Of a DNA stretch of 64,000 bases, positions 27,216 to 40,827 are shown one piece after another. The notes beneath the pieces are model-generated. The model was not told where the DNA came from. It saw nothing but the letters and a program-made list of their open reading frames with translations, and ran no database searches. The stretch is from assembly GCA_037379345.1 (NCBI GenBank), contig CM074516.1, positions 35,873,626 to 35,937,625 on the forward strand, in the 5' to 3' direction. Origin of the DNA: Perna viridis. Its lineage: Eukaryota. Numbering within the stretch: the stretch's first letter is position 1; each line of letters starts with the position of its first letter. Made by a program: the position numbers and the translations under genes.

Positions 27216-28621
27216 ATTTCGGGTATATTTCAACATAAATGGACAGCAACAAATTACCACCAGTCAAAATCGATAAATCAGTAGAGTAGTCAAAACAGTA
27301 CAGAAGATATGACCAATAAATAAGTAAAATAAAAAGAACTGAATATAATAAACAAGATTTAAATCCTAGCCAATAGGCAATATTGCAGCTCCTGATAACT
27401 TACCTTATATATTCTTAACTTAATTTATTTCCCTCTATTGGAAATTTTTCCATGAAAAAGCCGACTCTCAGTGATTAAAATAAAAAGGAGTGGGAGTTAA
27501 ACTTCTGTTTTATACACCGAATGATTTTAATCACAATTTTCTTACTTTTTTAATCCTAAGGTCTTTAGACTGATTTCCTAATGATTTGGTTGATTATAGC
27601 AACTTGCGTACCTCTTTTTATCCTGCAAAGGACGCATTTTCTGCCAATATTGCCTGTCCAATATTGTAAATCGATATTGGGCAGTTATTTTTAGAATAAC
27701 GTGGGAACTACTTTTTGCCTTGGAAATTGTAATTAAGCAATATGGCGGCCTCCATGTTGATGTCGCTTAGAAAATAAGTCAAACATGTACGTTTTCGGCA
27801 TGTAATATTTCTAAATTAAAAGTTTGAATATTGAAATCGTGACTTGTTTTTATGTGATGTATAAATAAATGGTGTCTGGGTATTTTTGTGTTATTTTGTA
27901 TAACCCTATGCTGGTCTAACCCTCTCGTTCCGCATTCCACTGCAGACGACCGGTAGTCGTCGACAAATGTCTCCCGACAGTGATACGGAGCCTGCATCGC
28001 AATTTAAGATAGACTGGTCGCCGATGTCGAATTTCCGGAATCTTAATGTTTACATGCATCCACCGTCGAATTCCATGCATAAATGACTCCTTTCGCGACG
28101 TCATGATACAGTAAAAGCTTTTGACAAGACTTGTTGACATTTTTATCCAGGCGTAAAACAGTTACCTTCTTCATTTATAGTATTGTGATATATGGTTTTC
28201 ACGATATAAAGTTAAAAATAAATCATAAATTTATGAACTCATTTTAGCGCCCATTGTCAACAATTTCTTCAGAAAAGTGCGTCGCCGGTTACGCAAACAA
28301 GAAATAACTTGTAGTGTAGTGTTGTAAAAGAATCATTTTTCGGCATGGAATTACAAAGACAATATTTTTCAAAATACTTTTAAAGTCATTTACATTTATA
28401 AAAATATTTAGGTTACAAATACAGGAAGCATTTTCTCCCCAATGTATTATTTTAAAACGAATTGGCAGACTCGTACGGATTTGCATACCCATAGTGTTGC
28501 TAAGATTTTACGTCGGGCTGTGTCGTTAGAGGCACGATAGGGGTACTTTGTGTAAACCAAGTAAAAAGCGATTTTACATAGAAATGACTTCAACCAATAT
28601 TTTTTTTGATTTGCAGGACAA

Positions 28622-28774
28622 ACACAATACAAAACTAGTGTCCTAGCATATCGGAAATGTGGGTAACTCGTCGCGAAACGGGGGTAAATCGCTCGGCGAA
28701 GCCTCGCGAAACAACCGTTTCTTAGCCTCGTACCCATATTTCCGATATGCTAGGACACTGAATATGTATTGTAT
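28622..28774. mobile_element. Palindromic mini-element (long hairpin), Crypton-like non-autonomous candidate
   Basis: 29-bp arms AGTGTCCTAGCATATCGGAAATGTGGGTA (28637-28665) and TACCCATATTTCCGATATGCTAGGACACT (28731-28759), 1 mismatch; weaker pairing outside and inside; central CTCGGCGAAGCCTCG; no clear TSD. Confidence 0.75.
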
Positions 28775-30710
28775 ATATATGAAGACAAGCCCAATCGCGG
28801 TGTTCCCTAATTATGAAAAGAGCTTACACTCCCTAGTAAACCAAAGAGCTGAATAATATTTTTAGACACTGATACAGAAGCAACGTTTGCTAAAAGTGTG
28901 CAGGTTAAAATGTTTTACCAAAAAAATCTTAGTACTGCTAAGTACGAAAATCTTTTTAAAAATATCATTTGGGTGTATTTTTTTTTTTTTTTTTTGCACA
29001 ATTTAGACTATGATTTGAAACATAAATGTCAACATGTTGCAATTTCCACCCATGATTACGACGAGAGAAAAAAACTAAGAATTCGTGCACGTGAATCGTT
29101 TAGGATTCATCTTAATGTCGATGACAAAATTCTTAATGGAATGCACAAACGTAAAAATTACATCATATTTCTTTGCCAGTTCTTTGAAGTTTAAACTTAA
29201 GATGATGAAAAAGTAAAGAAGTGAGAGCTTATATTTTTACACAATATGAAATTAATTTGACTGATTGGAAATTTATGGTTGCAATTCACCTTAGTATACA
29301 TGCAAGCTTTAATTATTTCAAGAGGCGGTGTAGATACATATGGCCTGCAAATGTATAAGCAAATCGTTGTTGCATTTTCTGATTTTTTTTAAAGCTCATA
29401 ATATATGAAACCTGACGTGCAGACTGAAGAAACATCAACTTTTGAATAGTTCTTCGCCAATTTCAGTGCATGAATTTCGTAATCTTAGTAATAGAAAGTA
29501 ATTAAAAGGCGTTTGTGGAATTAAATCGCCAACTTTCACATTTGATGGAAGACCAACAAGTTTAGGACTTTATAATAGTTCATTATGAGTTCAAGAAGTC
29601 ATTTCAAACTCAATACTTGATCTGGTGTATTTAATTTAACAAGATGCTATATTCGCTTATTTCGTCCTGGTATTGCTTTGATGTGTTAAACCCTCACTAG
29701 GTGTTTCTATTATAAATTCAGTATTTCGATTCATTCGTTTTTTCCAATATTCTACGCCTTTCTAAAATTTGTAAATACCAGGATGTAGATATATAGTACA
29801 TTTTTTTTGTAATAAAATTTTCAGATTTCAGTACAAGGAGATGGGGACGGAGATGTTTGATGAAGGTGACGATTACGCAAATGGACAAATACAACATTTG
29901 GATCAAAAAAAGTAAACAAAAAAAGTATATGAATTAATGATTATATTGAACTTTAATTAAAACCTGGTGCAATATTTGGTCGATAAGCTAAGTAAACCAT
30001 GTTCTGTGTAGAGCACATTTCTCCCGAAAAAAAATGCCAACTTCGCTGCAATATAGTTGATTATACGCATATTGATAAATGCACTTGCATTTGTGACTTG
30101 ATTTATAAACTAATCTTCTAATTACAAAATATGACTTTGACATCATACTTAATGGGCGTTCAATAGAGCTTTCTTTTGATGTTACCAAAGATAACTTAGT
30201 AGTTACACAAGAAGCTTATGGTACTTGGATCTGTTAAAATGTCTAGTACTTTCTTGAAATTGTTTTTTCTAATGTTGAGATGAAAGCCGGATCAATTTTC
30301 GTAAACTTTACAAGTACTAACTCATTGGAAACAAAAATATTAAAATCAGTTGAAAAAAATGTTTTGAATAAACTGATAAGTTGTGAGCTGCGTTCAGTGT
30401 CTAAAATTGTATCGCCGAAGATTAAGTGACTTGTAGTAATATAGTGATTTTATTGTCAATATTAAAAGAGTAATACTCGTTTGAACCAAGTGATTTAAAA
30501 AAAAAAAAATACAGCAATATACAAAATACGAACCTTTTCAGACGATAATGGTTCTGTACAACTTTTCGAAACTTGTAAATGCAATGTAAATTTCTACTAC
30601 AAAATGACGACTAGCAACGCATTATAACGTGTAGTGCCATCAATGTTGTCCAGGGTTGGACTATTGTTAATATCCGAAATATAAACAAAAGGCAACATAG
30701 ACAGAATCAA

Positions 30711-31372
30711 TAAACACCTAAAGCATGCTGATGCAAACAACCCTAGCATACTGATATAAACAACTATAGCATGCTGATATAAACAACTAAAGCACGCCGA
30801 TATAAACAACTAAAGCATGATGACATTAACAACTAAAGCATGCTGATATAAACAACTAAAGCATGCTGATATAAACAACTAAAGCATGCTGATATTAACA
30901 ACTAAAGCATGCTGATACAAACAACTAAAGTATCTGATAAAACAACTAAAGAATGTTGATAAAAACAACTAAAAGCGTGATGATACAAACAACTAAAGTT
31001 TACTGATACAAACAACTAAAAAAGCATGTTGATAAAAACAACTTAACAACTAAAGAATGCTGGCACAAACAAATAAAGCATGCAGATACAAACAACTAAA
31101 AGTATGTTGATAAAAACAAATAAAGCATATCGGTAGTAATAACTAATATCATGCAGATACAAACAACTAAAAGCATGTTGATACAAACAACTAAAGCATG
31201 GTGATACAAACAACTAAAAGCATACTGATTCTAATAACTAAAGCATGTTGATACAAACAATTAAAAGCATACTGATACAACAACTAAAGCATACTGATAC
31301 TAGCAACTTAAGTATGAAGATTCAACCAGATAAAGCATGCTGATAGAAACAACTAAATCATACGGATACAAA
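30711..31372 (+). repeat. 23-24 bp minisatellite, about 28 units
   Basis: Consensus AAACAACTAAAGCATGCTGATA(T/C). Confidence 0.97.
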
Positions 31373-32229
31373 ATCATAGAACATTGAATTGATTCTCCAT
31401 AATGCATTGTACTTTGTATCTATGTAGGAAAAATGATGTATGGATAATTCCCAATATAGTTAAAGTTTTAAGTGTGACATTATTGTTTAGAGAACAGTAA
31501 CGAACAATCTTCTGACATTAACGTGATACCACTTCTGTCTTGCCAATGTTTAACAGCTGTAAATATTAATGTTTGCAATATGAGAAGGGGTTAGGCGATT
31601 TTGATTTTATCGATTGTTATTTCATCATTATATCAAAATTATTACAGAATAGAACCAGGTTTGATGGTAATTACTTCCAGTTTCAGAAACCTTAGCATAC
31701 GTATCCGCATTCCAATCATTGACTATCTGACTAATTAGACGTTCTATGTAATTTTTTCATAATCATTTTTCTGTTACGTAATTCACTTTAACAGCTATAT
31801 AACATTGAGCCCTACATGAAAAAGTCAAAATCAAACTGCAATTAAAATTAATGATTTAAAATCTTTGAATATTCGAGAATACTTTTGAAAATACCTTTTT
31901 GTGAAATTCTTACGATTTAATTAAAGATATTAAAAAAATTATTTTTTAATGCACTTATACTGATTGGCCTACATTATTCGTTTATGAATGCAATTTTAGT
32001 TGAATTCATACTTTTCTTTTTTTTCTGTCTTTTGAACTCGTTTAAATGCTATATGCTGGTTGGTTTTGTAATATGTGTATCAGTGCTGATTTAACTGGGA
32101 AGTAAGCATGTGAAATTTGCTATTTGTCCTTAAATGAAGAAACGAAAGGAAACAATTGCTGTAAAAATGGCTTTATTTAAAGTTGGGTCACTATCATGCA
32201 AAAGCGCCACGATACATATTGAGGGTAGA

Positions 32230-32325
32230 AGGTTGTCTTATAAATCAAATTCTGATGTTTGTTATCTTCCTAAAAGTAGATTGTTCTTCCCAGGTACACC
32301 AGCATTCCCAACCTTATGAAACAAT
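32230..32325 (+). repeat. Possible decayed SINE core fragment
   Basis: TTCTTCCCAGGTACACCAGCATTCCCAACC resembles the TTTTCTCCGGGTACTCCGGTTTCCTCCACC core of V-type SINEs; no intact tRNA-derived head. Confidence 0.3.
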
Positions 32326-32528
32326 TCCCTAATAAACATAGAAATAACTATTTTTGAATCGTAGTTATATTTATTTTTACAATGCTACTTGATAGGTGAT
32401 TTTAAAGTTGGCTTACACAATATGGCATGTCAATGAATATGTTATTATATCAATTTAATTTTATTTGCAAGATGGTTGAAATGTAAGAATTTGATGTACA
32501 TTTGGTAGACCAAATATATTGGGCTCCT

Positions 32529-33368
32529 TATCAGCATGCTTTTAGTTGTTTGTATCAGTATTCTTTAGTTCTTTGTATTAGTATGCATTTATTGTTTGTA
32601 TCGGAATGCTTTAGTTGTTTGTATCATCATGCTTTAATTGTTTGTATCAGCACGCTTTTAGTTGTTGGTATCAGCATGCTTCAGTTACTTGTATCAGAAT
32701 GCTCTAGTTGTTTGAATCATCTTGCTTTAGTCGTTTACATCAACTTGCTTTAGTTATTTTTACCAGCATGCTTTAGTTGTTTGTATCAGTATGCTTTTAG
32801 TTGTTTGTATCGGCACACATTTAGTTGTTTGTATCGGCACACATTTAGTTGTTTGTATCATCATGCTTTAGTTGTTTGAATCATCATGCTTTAGTTGTTT
32901 GTATCAGCATGCTTTTAGTTGTTTTTATCAACATTCTTCAGTTGTATGTATCAGTATGCTTTTAGTTGTTTGTATCGGCACACATTTAGTTGTTTGTATC
33001 ATCATGCTTTAGTTGTTTGAATCATCATGCTTTAGTTGTTTGTATCAGCATGCTTTTAGTTGTTTTTATCAACATTCTTCAGTTGTATGTATCAGTATGC
33101 TTTTAGTTGTTTGTATCGGCACACATTTAGTTGTTTGTATCATCATGCTTTAGTTGTTTGAATCATCATGCTTTAGTCGTTTGCATCAACTTGCTTTAGT
33201 TATTTGTATCAGCATGCTTTAGTTGTTTGTATCAGTATGCTTTTAGTTGTTTGTATCGGCACACATTTAGTTGTTTGTATCAGCATGCCATGAGTTGTTT
33301 GTATCAGCTCTCATATAGTTGTTTATATCAGCATGCTTTAGTTGTTTGTATCAGTATGCTTTTAGTTA
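32529..33368 (-). repeat. Same 23-24 bp minisatellite in inverted orientation, about 35 units, with a 141-bp higher-order repeat
   Basis: Plus strand GTATCAGCATGCTTTAGTTGTTT; six-monomer block starts at 32831, 32972 and 33113. Confidence 0.97.
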
Positions 33369-34291
33369 TTAATATCTTAACACGTACTGCATATACCTTG
33401 ATGCTTAATCATGCCACAAAAATCAAAAACATACATTTTTAAGTAGCGACAATAAATACGCCTATATACCAAGTATATGACTTTAATATGACATATCTAA
33501 CGAGACAGAAGAATATGGGCTGATTGCTGATTAGTAAAAACCACACCAATAACAACGACGTTAATCACGATGGTTTTGACGGCTTTTTTGTTTGTAGGTT
33601 TGTTTCTAAGTAAACAAGAATGTGATTGAAAAAATTACATCATGCTATTTTGTAAAGTCTTTGATGTCAGTAACTTCAGCAAAACTTATCTGTCTAATTC
33701 AAAGCATAGATTCCGTTTTCATTTCTAGTGCAGAACATGTACTCTTGCTTTTTCATTGAGTCCATGGTGATCATCTACTTTTAGTTTTCCATATTTGTAT
33801 TTATTTCAGTGTCGGTGACTTCTGTTCCTAAAGTTTGAATCAAAAGTATTTTGAATTAATGATAATACATTTACATTAGCAAACAAAATTTGAAAACAAG
33901 AGATTAACAGTTTTTTAAACAATATTTAATCATCTTTTTAATGAGTACAAATAGGCACGTGTGTTATGCATTTTAACATGGTTATTATTAAACTCAAACA
34001 CATCCCTGACAAAATCGTAAATGTTTTAGGCTTGTTCACCTGGTATATTTTTTTCCGTACGACCAACTAGTCACAATGTAGCGTTTCACAATGACAAAAT
34101 GGTGAGAATATTTAATTTCTATTTCATGAATACGGTTTAAGTGGCATGATGAAATGTCTTACCGCTATTATGTAATATTTCTAGGTCACAGGCCTCTTAA
34201 TAGATTTAAATGTGGGCACCGCCTTTATTAACCTTGATCAGTGCTTTTTAAAACACGATTTCCTATTGATAACTCTTGATATATATTTGTA

Positions 34292-34460
34292 TACGAGAAT
34301 GGAAATGGTAAGTATGTCAAAGAGACAACAACCCCACCAGGATGAAAAATGTCAGCTCAAGGTCATCCTTGGGTCTTCAATGAATGACAAGAAAACCATC
34401 ACACCACTGGGCAGGCTGCATCTGGTCCCCAAGTAACATTATATACAAGTTCAGCGAAAT
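34292..34460. repeat. Diverged mytilid-type interspersed repeat fragment
   Basis: GAGAATGGAAATGG...GTCAAAGAGACAACAACCC...GGGTCTTCAA resembles a repeat recalled from Mytilus; AGGTCATC...GGTCTTCA...AAAACC module shared with 26165-26200. Confidence 0.55.
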
Positions 34461-36380
34461 AGTTGCCCCCATATACCCCAGCAACGTTTCTTTCAGAAGC
34501 ATAGATATATATTTGGTAAGTAGTTTTCGTCGGATTTAAGCTTTTGCTGTACGTTTTTCTAAGTTATTACGAGAGTTATGAATAACCTTTAAAAACTTAC
34601 TTCACATTTTTAAGATTCGATATGAGCATTTGTAAGTTTAAACAGGCATAAAAAAACTATTTAAAAGAACATTCAACACAATAATATATCAAACGAAGTT
34701 ATCTACCAGAATACATGCTCCATGCTGGAAACACTTTGTGAAGAGCATGTTCCTATTCTTATGTACATATTTTATAAATTTGCTTTTTGGCGCCTTCTGT
34801 TAGTGGTATCCTTTTTTGTGGGAGGAGGGTTATAAATGCGTCCCCTTGATTATATCAATTTCTCTGGATTATTAAGTTTGTAACGTATGTTTTAACATTT
34901 TCATAGTTTCCTTCTTTGGTCTTGTAATGACTTGCCTTTTTACTATTTAATTCGTTGCAAATTGCTTCGTTTTTTCTCTTGTACATATCTGAAGAATGAA
35001 GTAATCTACGTTTACAGGTTGGTGATAAAATGTTTTCCTACCTTGTTTAATGGAACGCATTTTATTGACTCCCACGATCAGCCTTTTAGACTTCTTGCAA
35101 AAACAAATGTTACACAAATGTCAATTAAAACTAAGACATTTGTAACGTTTGTGCATGACATGCTCAAAATATTATTACATTTTAATGATTTATGGGGAAA
35201 TTTCTCGACGTATGCACCAACGGAATATAGTTCGAAAGTTGCTTTAGAGATCCTTGAGAATTTTACACACTTCTTCATGCTTAACGATTGATAGTTAGAT
35301 AACTCGAATTAAATTTTAAAATAAAAACAAATGTTCAATGACTTTTAAAATGATACATGACATCAACGTTGTCTAAAGAGTAATGAACTTAACAACAATG
35401 ATCAATAAGAAGTGACATTATATTTTAATCATTGTGACAGGAAATATATAACATGTCTTGAAGGTGTATCACATGTTTTTACCACAAGGCCCATTAACCT
35501 AGGTCAAAATATAAAAAATACCAATCATATAGATATTGCAAATTTTGGATACGCTATAAACGTGTATCACTGAGTAATCTTTAATCAGCAGCATTAGAGC
35601 CAAATACTTTAGTAGTTCAAGATACAAAACTAAATTGTATACAAGAAGTACTCAAAACCAAAAATATCGAAATAGGAAACCAGATCTAGCCCCGAGAAAT
35701 TCTACCACGAGCAATACAATGAATGAAGCTTCGGTGTTTTAAGGTTCCGAATATTGTAATACTAAAAAATCGGTAAATATATAACCAGTATAGCAAAAAC
35801 CAATAGAGATCGACAAATATGTGCCAACTTTGGTCCGATAGAATATTGCCTCCTATTGTTTTTATAATACGAGCACGCTAATGTTAGTAACATGATTTGA
35901 TTTTTGAATAACATTTTAAATATACTTATTTCTAAGAAGAAAATAAATCCAAATGACAATGTGCTCTTAGTTTAAGAAGAAATAGCCAATACAAGTATCA
36001 TTTGTCTACTCCATCAGGTTGGTATCGTAGTATAGAGGAATTTGAAAGGGAAACTTACGTCATTGACATTCTACGTTTTGCTTTGATGTGTATTGGCATA
36101 ATTTAATCGTTAAGTTATTCTTTATACTCCTACATCATTAATAAGGAATAAAATGCTATTGATATTATAAAGAATGAAATGCATTGCTGAGTAATAGAAA
36201 TTCAAACAAGACTCTTCTTAAAACTTCAAATAAATTTATTGTAGGTTTACATCTATAGTGGTAAACAGTACATTTCCTGATGTGAACAGTGAACTTAATC
36301 CTGGACCGATACCTTGAGTCGCATTTATAACGTACAATAATAAAATTCACAGTCTACACAAAGATATTTTTCCAACTTAC

Positions 36381-36591
36381 GAAGGTAGACCTAGGGTAAG
36401 GGACACAACCCTTACAAATCATTGGGAAGTTTGTATTCAGAATTTTATATCAACCTTATGTAAGCATCAAAGTAACTTGGACTGATATCATTCAGTTTCA
36501 AATGACAGCTTGAAAGGCTTTGGAAAATTGAATATGATACAAACATATGACTGATTTCAAGGGTTATGTCCCTTACCCTAAGTCTACCTCC
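36381..36591. mobile_element. 211-bp MITE with 33-bp-plus TIRs, TTAA-type site (Kolobok-like)
   Basis: GAAGGTAGACCTAGGGTAAGGGACACAACCCTT / AAGGGTTATGTCCCTTACCCTAAGTCTACCTCC (3 mismatches); flanks TTAC and TTAA. Confidence 0.85.
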
Positions 36592-38080
36592 TTAAATCAT
36601 TTGATTAAAAGGAAACACGATTTTTTTTTCGAAAATGTTGAAATAAACGACGATGAAGTAAAGAAAGGAAATTTCTGTCGTTCACTACATACATAAGATG
36701 TCTTGTTAATGATGTCATTGTCTTGTAAACAGATGGTTCTCGTTTTTTTCAAAGACGAAATCAATGCCATTGTTATAACTGTACAGCTCATTTAAGTCAT
36801 ACCATCATGCAGTTAGGCATTTATAGTTTTTTTTATTAGACCTTAGTCAAGATTTTTTTTATCGTAGACATATGATTTGATTTGTAAGTGGCTTTGATTT
36901 GCAGCCCAACAAATTGTTTCATGATAACATTACACAGATGGTATAATTAAATGTAGTCGACCATAACATATTTGTTTTTTTTTAACTATAGATTTCTAGT
37001 CAATCTTTCTTTTACCTATACCATTTGATTTTTTTTCTCACAAGGCGAATCTTTTGATGGGATAGAAATATATTCTCTCGTTGTAAGGAAAACGTCAATA
37101 TACTTCTATATATCTTAATCATTGATTTTAAAGGTTCGAATATGTTCTCTCTATCTGTTAACTCTTTATCATGTTAACTTCTTATACATCAACAAATATA
37201 TTGATAATTCAATTAAAATGTACACCTCCAGAAGTGTATTGGTGCAGTGATCCAATACTTTTTATTTAGTACAAAACAAAAAACAACAAAAAAAAACAAC
37301 AACAAAAAACCGCGAAAAAAAAGACAAAATACAGAAATTATTCATATGCAAAATAAATCATAATCCTAGATTTCGTCGTTTAACCATACTATATACCTGT
37401 CTTGGCAACTTTTTCTGATTGACATTTTCCGGTATGTCAATATCGAACTTGAATTGTTTTATAAATCTAAGTATAAGTTTTTGTGTTTGAAAGCGATGGT
37501 ACGAATTGATTTTACTTTTGTGCAATAGAAAACAATCAAAGGAACTTTTAGTTGTTGAACTGGAATATACACATATTAATTTATCAATCAACTTATTAAG
37601 AAAATGTTTACTGTTTTGATACAAGAAGAGTCACGTGTCTTATCTAGAATCATTATTGCATTTTTGCCATAATTTTACTGAACTTTTGAGTTTAAGTTTT
37701 CATGAAGTTATAAATAGCTATAATTAATTTTGAAATTTACGTCAGAAAAGCAAGATATTAAAACAGTTTTTATGTGGTGATATTAATTATACAGATAACA
37801 GATACGTAAATACAAAGATATTTTTGTTGTGAGTAAAGTAAGAGTAAAAACGTTCTTTTGACGACTCTATCTGCATAAAGTGAAAATAAAATCTATGGAC
37901 AACTTTTGATAAATATTATTTAAGAAGTATTCACTAAGTACAACCTTAATTTGAATTAAAAGAAAAACACCGAGACCGAGAAAAGAAATTAAGTTCCTTT
38001 TATACACGGAAACATAAACCCTGAATAATTCGTGAACCTGTCTAAACCAAAAACTTTTTAAAATCCAAAAACAACGATTT

Positions 38081-38468
38081 AAGTATTCTCTGCCTAAGAA
38101 TTAGGCACAATATATATCAGGAGTGGCACATGAAGAAAAAACGCAGAGATTTTATTGCATTATCTAAGTATCAATACCTTATAACCTCCAGAAATAATCA
38201 TCAAAGAGTTTGTAAAGTATGCCTTTTTAAGATCTTGATAGGTAAATTTTAGCTGAAATTCACTATGGAAAAATGACGGGAAAATTTTCTGGCACTTTTT
38301 CCTATATAACCGGTAAAAAAAATACTAACATCACAGATGCTTCTCAATTGATTTGAATAGCTTTTCGGTAGTTAACTAAATGTATTGAATATATTTGAGG
38401 CAAAAAAGACCAACTTGAGAAAAATGATGTGCCACCCATTGCTTGATTCTTACACAGAATGGTACTTT
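38081..38468 (+). mobile_element. Non-autonomous TIR element, copy 1 of 2
   Basis: Colinear with 44724-45040 (GTGGCACATGAAG...TTCTTACACAGAATGGTACT); imperfect TIRs containing TAAGAAT and GTGGCACAT; TTAA at both ends. Confidence 0.7.
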
Positions 38469-39097
38469 AATGTATATTGAATCTTGGTAGACTGAGCATA
38501 TGTTTAAAACTGAACAAAAGTGGTTTGGTTTTGACAGGTTTCTCTATCAAATATAATGTGGTGTCACTTTTTTTAGTAGCACTCCAGCTAAGAATCATGC
38601 AAAATTTAATTGATGACTGAGAAGCCTACATATTTTTATTTTTGACATTTTATTTGAATTGCATTTAAACAGAAATTAACATTCGGTTTTTTATAAAACC
38701 CGTGTTCTTAGGAGATAAAAATCATATAATATGCACTGTACATTTTAAAATTAAGGGAGATAACTCTATAAATGACACTCAAATACAATAGAATCTATTG
38801 GATATTCAATGTTAATTATCTTCTAAGAGCAGACAGATTGGAATGAATAATTACACAATTCGCAATATAGACCCTTTAGACAACTTAATTTAAAAAAAAA
38901 TAAATATGTAGCCTTTTTGGGGTGTAACACTGTTTTCAGATTTTGCATGATTCTTACAAAGACTACTACTTAATTTCTTTATGTATATCTAAAACATATA
39001 CGATTAATAAATGGCATCAAAACATTAACATAATATCAATCAGAAATAGAAAACATAAACTAGACTACAAAGAAATGTTTTAAAGAAATAATGCAAA

Positions 39098-39335
39098 GGA
39101 AATCAAGGATTCCAGGATTCAAATGGTTATGAAAAGAATGCCATCCAAGGATAACGACTAGACAGGGAAAATAGACACACATAAGAAAGAACATATAAGA
39201 ACCAAAATATCATGTACAAAGAAACAAAAGCAAGTGAGCAGCCTGGAATCCACTTAAAACTGCAAGCGTGGATCGGGTGCACCGGTAAGGTGAGCATCAT
39301 CTGATTTTCTAGAAACACTCACCGAGTTGTCACGT
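39098..39335 (-). mobile_element. Penelope-like 3' end copy
   Basis: Reverse complement aligns to 58910-59145. Confidence 0.75.
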
Positions 39336-39560
39336 CCGGGATAGACAAAAGATGCATGGAAAATAATTGGACAAAGCAATGTTGTATTCTTTCTTCTTTA
39401 TCGTGGTGAAATGTTTTAGTTCTTTATGCTTCTCAAACAGGAACGGTGTCATTTTCTACGATCCGGAAATAATTCGGAGATTTTGAAGAAAAAAAAATCC
39501 ACAATAGGGTCTCAGAATATATATATATATTTTTCATTTTTGGCCATATTTTGCATGAAA

Positions 39561-39788
39561 GACTAATCCAGGGAAACAAGATTCTAGCGGTTATCAAAAG
39601 AATGTAATTCAGGGACAAAGACCAGACATGGAAAATACACAAACACAACAAAGAACATAAAGTAACTAAAATATCTTTCAAAGTAACAAAAGTAAATGAG
39701 CAATTTGGATTCCACTTAAACTGTGAGCATGGACCAGGTACACCGGTAGGGTAAGCGTCCTCTGCTTTTCTACAAACACCCACCGAGT
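39561..39788 (-). mobile_element. Penelope-like 3' end copy
   Basis: Reverse complement aligns to 58910-59145 (GGGTGTTTGTAGAAAAGCAGAGGACGCTTACCCTACCGGTGTACCTGGTCCATGCTC). Confidence 0.8.
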
Positions 39789-40827
39789 AAACAAACATTC
39801 CACGAAATTTGTTGGGGAGGGGTCCGATTCCGGAGCTCCTTGGATCTGCCACTGCTTTTTATCCTTCGAAATGAGTATGCTGAGTGATAAAATTGTTTCT
39901 AAGCATTTTTTTTCCTTTCTTACTTATTATAAAAGAGACTCAGATAAACCATCGTTTAAAAAACTATGAGAAGTGATAATAATATTATCTGATATCTGAT
40001 TCTTAAAATAAATCAACGTTTTAAACCAAAACGTTTTTTTACTGGAGAAACGTTTTATGACATGACTATAAATAATATCGTGAAGAGCCAAATCTTAAGA
40101 ACGGCTGATACCTATATCTGATACAAGACAATTAAAATATTCGATGTGTTGATGTTTCATCTTAAATGATCTGACCCTCACATTCAGAGTTCGCTGCTTC
40201 TTACGATTGCATCATATTATACAAGACATGGAAGAGTGCAAAATAATAAATAATACAGTAATATACCAGATGCTACGTGGGTGTTGAAACTACCTGTTCC
40301 AAAGTTTAATTTTTACAGAAATTTTGTTTTCTTCCGATATTTTAATGATCTTGAAGACAGACCTTCACAATCATATTGTAGTAAATGTGCTCATATTTCA
40401 CAAAAATGCATCTCAAACGCATAAAACTTTCGCACAGGTTAGATAGAAAGATATTCATATGAATCGGTTACATTTCAATCAAATCATCCAAAAAATATTT
40501 GTACCAACATGGTAGCTTTTATGAATTGAAATATTTTTGTAGCTCGAGAAATTCATGTCGTCTGCAGAGGAATCTTAAATTTACTTCTTAAACATTTGAA
40601 CTCTTGGAAGAAGGACATTAAAGCACATTCTAAAACTATCAATACTTTAGATATCGTTATATTTTATTTATTCTTTCTTTGGTCTGGTTATAAAGACATT
40701 TCCATTTTCGACGCGGAATTGCATTGTTGTTGCTAGATTATTACCGGACTATACTCACTTGGAATATAGCGAGAGCAATTTTTTTTTAGGGGGGGGGGGA
40801 GCTCATTTTGTTAGTACTTTATTTTTT

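Noticed and set aside
27779-28140. Two overlapping minus-strand ORFs in the CpG-rich block
   Set aside because: No recognisable domain in any frame; explained by higher local GC.
32502-33442. Cys/His-rich ORFs with repeated FSCLYQH
   Set aside because: Translations of the 23-24 bp minisatellite with frequent stops and frameshifts.
34932-35291. 119-aa plus-strand ORF
   Set aside because: TTG start, AT-driven composition, no motif.
39433-39852. 139-aa minus ORF, the longest in the track
   Set aside because: Spans a MITE end and the non-coding retroelement tail; T-rich read-through rather than a gene.
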